This document shows positions 62,849-64,000 of a stretch of DNA of 64,000 bases, one piece after another. A program made the translations under genes and the position numbers. Origin of the DNA: Actinomycetota bacterium. Its GTDB lineage: Bacteria > Actinomycetota > Acidimicrobiia > Acidimicrobiales > UBA10347. Location of the stretch: positions 102,761 through 166,760 of the forward strand of contig JBCCIC010000011.1 in NCBI GenBank assembly GCA_039028435.1. The letters are read 5' to 3'. Each line of letters starts with the position of its first letter. Position 1 is the first letter of the stretch. Under the pieces are notes generated by a model. The model did no database searches, was not told the origin of the DNA, and saw only the letters and a program-made list of their open reading frames with translations.

Positions 62849-64000
62849 GTGTGCCGCAGTGGAGCGAATGGACTGTCGAGCGTGACCAGGGCAACGCCGC
62901 CGCCGACCCCCCGCATCAAGGAACGCCGACTCGGAACACCCGACGAGCACGGGATCTCCCGCATCGTTCCGCCGATCGACGACGGCATGCGGGTGAACCT
63001 GGACCCGACGACCGCCTACTTCGACGGTGTCGACCCGGACCGCCGAGGCCAGCTTCGGCCCTACGACGTTCGGTCGGGGATGTATGGCCGCTCCGATATC
63101 GAGGGCCTGCTGTGCGGGTGGAACATGCATCACTGCTACGGCGTGGAGCACCACCGCAAACGGCCGTTCATCTGTGTTGATCCGCTGATCCGATACCGAG
63201 ACCTCCTCGAGGGCTTTCTCGAGGTCGATCGCTATCGGTTCGTGCCTTATCGCGACTACTCGCTCGCCTCCGTCGACGACGATGCGGTGACCGCGCTCAT
63301 TCGCCACGACGTCGACGGCGACATCGTCGCGGCCCGGGAGATGGCTCGCATCGAGGCCGAGTACGGCATCCGATCGACGTACTTCGTGCTCCACACTGCG
63401 CCGTACCACGCGACCTTCGAAGACGGTGTCGTGCACCGCTACGAGGAGGTCGCCGAGCTCTATCTGGAGATCCAAGACCTCGGTCACGAGATTGCGATCC
63501 ACAGCGACCCGCTCGGTCTCTACCAGGACTTCGGACTTGACGGCGCAGCCGGGTTGGTCGACGAGCTCGAGTGGATGCGCAGCCGCGGCCTGCGAGTCGT
63601 CGGAACCCTCGCGCACAATTCATTCGGCGTCTATGGCGCGAACAATTACACGATGTTCGAGGGCCGCCCTCTGACCGACTACTTCGGCGCGGGCTCGGCC
63701 CGAGCGGTTGAACACAACGGTCGCTGGTCACCGATCCAGCAACTCGACGAAGCCCAGCTCGGACTCGAATACGAGGGCAACGAGGTGTTCTGGCAGCATG
63801 AGGTCCCGGTGCGCTACTGGTGTCTGATGCACCAGGGCATGTGGGCCCGCCAGCCGGACTTCTACGGCACCAGGCTCCCCGAACGACTGCGCCCACAGAC
63901 ATCTCTCACCTGGCACTCACAGGACGAGGTCCTCGACGACGCGCACACGGTGCCGAACGGCGAGATCGCCGTGATTGTGGTGCACCCGCTTCACTACGGG
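62849..64000 (+). CDS. CE4/NodB-fold polysaccharide deacetylase-like protein (ArnD-like); the 3' end lies outside the window and the ORF is absent from the track
   Basis: My own translation in this frame is stop-free to the window end, with strong GC3 bias. It reads ...ALIRHDVDGDIVAAREMARIEAEYGIRSTYFVLHT...LGHEIAIHSD... This parallels the RIDVD...ASIFF...HEVGLHAWDH pattern of ArnD-type deacetylases. Start is GTG 62849 or GTG 62882. Confidence 0.6.
   Translation, partial: MCRSGANGLSSVTRATPPPTPRIKERRLGTPDEHGISRIVPPIDDGMRVNLDPTTAYFDGVDPDRRGQLRPYDVRSGMYGRSDIEGLLCGWNMHHCYGVEHHRKRPFICVDPLIRYRDLLEGFLEVDRYRFVPYRDYSLASVDDDAVTALIRHDVDGDIVAAREMARIEAEYGIRSTYFVLHTAPYHATFEDGVVHRYEEVAELYLEIQDLGHEIAIHSDPLGLYQDFGLDGAAGLVDELEWMRSRGLRVVGTLAHNSFGVYGANNYTMFEGRPLTDYFGAGSARAVEHNGRWSPIQQLDEAQLGLEYEGNEVFWQHEVPVRYWCLMHQGMWARQPDFYGTRLPERLRPQTSLTWHSQDEVLDDAHTVPNGEIAVIVVHPLHYG

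Noticed and set aside
62795-63616. N-terminal 274 aa of the 615-aa minus ORF 61769..63616
   Set aside because: The methyltransferase motifs begin only after the internal ATG at 62794. The upstream part is low-information (R/D/V/H-rich) and is antisense to a better plus-strand frame with CE4-like motifs.
31219-64000. Sulfotransferase within the glycan island, which would link it to the PAPS genes
   Set aside because: I scanned the translated products for PAPS-binding loop patterns (P/R-K/R-S/T-G-T/S-T and RDP..R) and found none. The sulfated-glycan idea therefore remains unsupported by this window.

Overview
This is a GC-rich chromosomal segment with strong G/C third-position bias and actinobacterium-like gene content. 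That content includes a mycobacterial-type ssd-tadABC-flp-tadE pilus locus, LigC-type ligase, Mrp, a CysNC fusion and Glf. I saw no rRNA, CRISPR array, transposase, integrase or recognisable phage or defence genes.

Layout from left to right:
- (1) 1-7.8 kb: a PAS-GGDEF gene cut by an in-frame TGA, a DNA ligase, and an Fe-S themed group (Mrp, an ArsR/SufR-like regulator, an A-type carrier and a CoxS-like fusion), followed by RidA.
- (2) 7.8-19.9 kb: one long minus-strand run of translationally coupled genes. It comprises the Tad/Flp pilus genes, a TetR regulator, cysD-cysNC-cysC, and two ABC-2 exporter pairs chained directly behind the cys genes.
- (3) 20.07 kb: a tRNA-Sec gene (selC), a structured convergent spacer and a primary-like sigma factor.
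- (4) 21-31 kb: housekeeping and unknown genes, including an 837-aa extremely acidic membrane protein, then nadE and cysQ.
- (5) 31.2-64 kb, continuing past the window end: a glycan biosynthesis island of about 33 kb.

The island carries glf, a priming sugar transferase, a complete four-enzyme UDP-2,3-diacetamido-uronate module, several glycosyltransferases and four methyltransferases. It also carries an AsnB-like amidotransferase, a Wzm/Wzt exporter and a CE4-like deacetylase. A secreted CAP-RTX protein and a G8/beta-helix lipoprotein are embedded in it.

Candidates most worth follow-up:
- The wzm-wzt unit with an extended Wzt C-terminus, a coiled-coil methyltransferase immediately downstream, and two flanking flavoprotein-like paralogues with degenerate dinucleotide motifs.
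- The cysD-cysNC-cysC operon fused to a duplicated ABC-2 exporter. It has two APS-kinase modules, one apparently degenerate, and a perfect 21-bp coding tandem repeat.
- selC together with an in-frame UGA plus hairpin inside a PAS domain.
- A 23-bp motif (TGTAACG-N3-GGTGCCTGGCACC) present at two intergenic sites.

All functional calls rest on motif recognition by eye from the supplied translations. No database search was possible.
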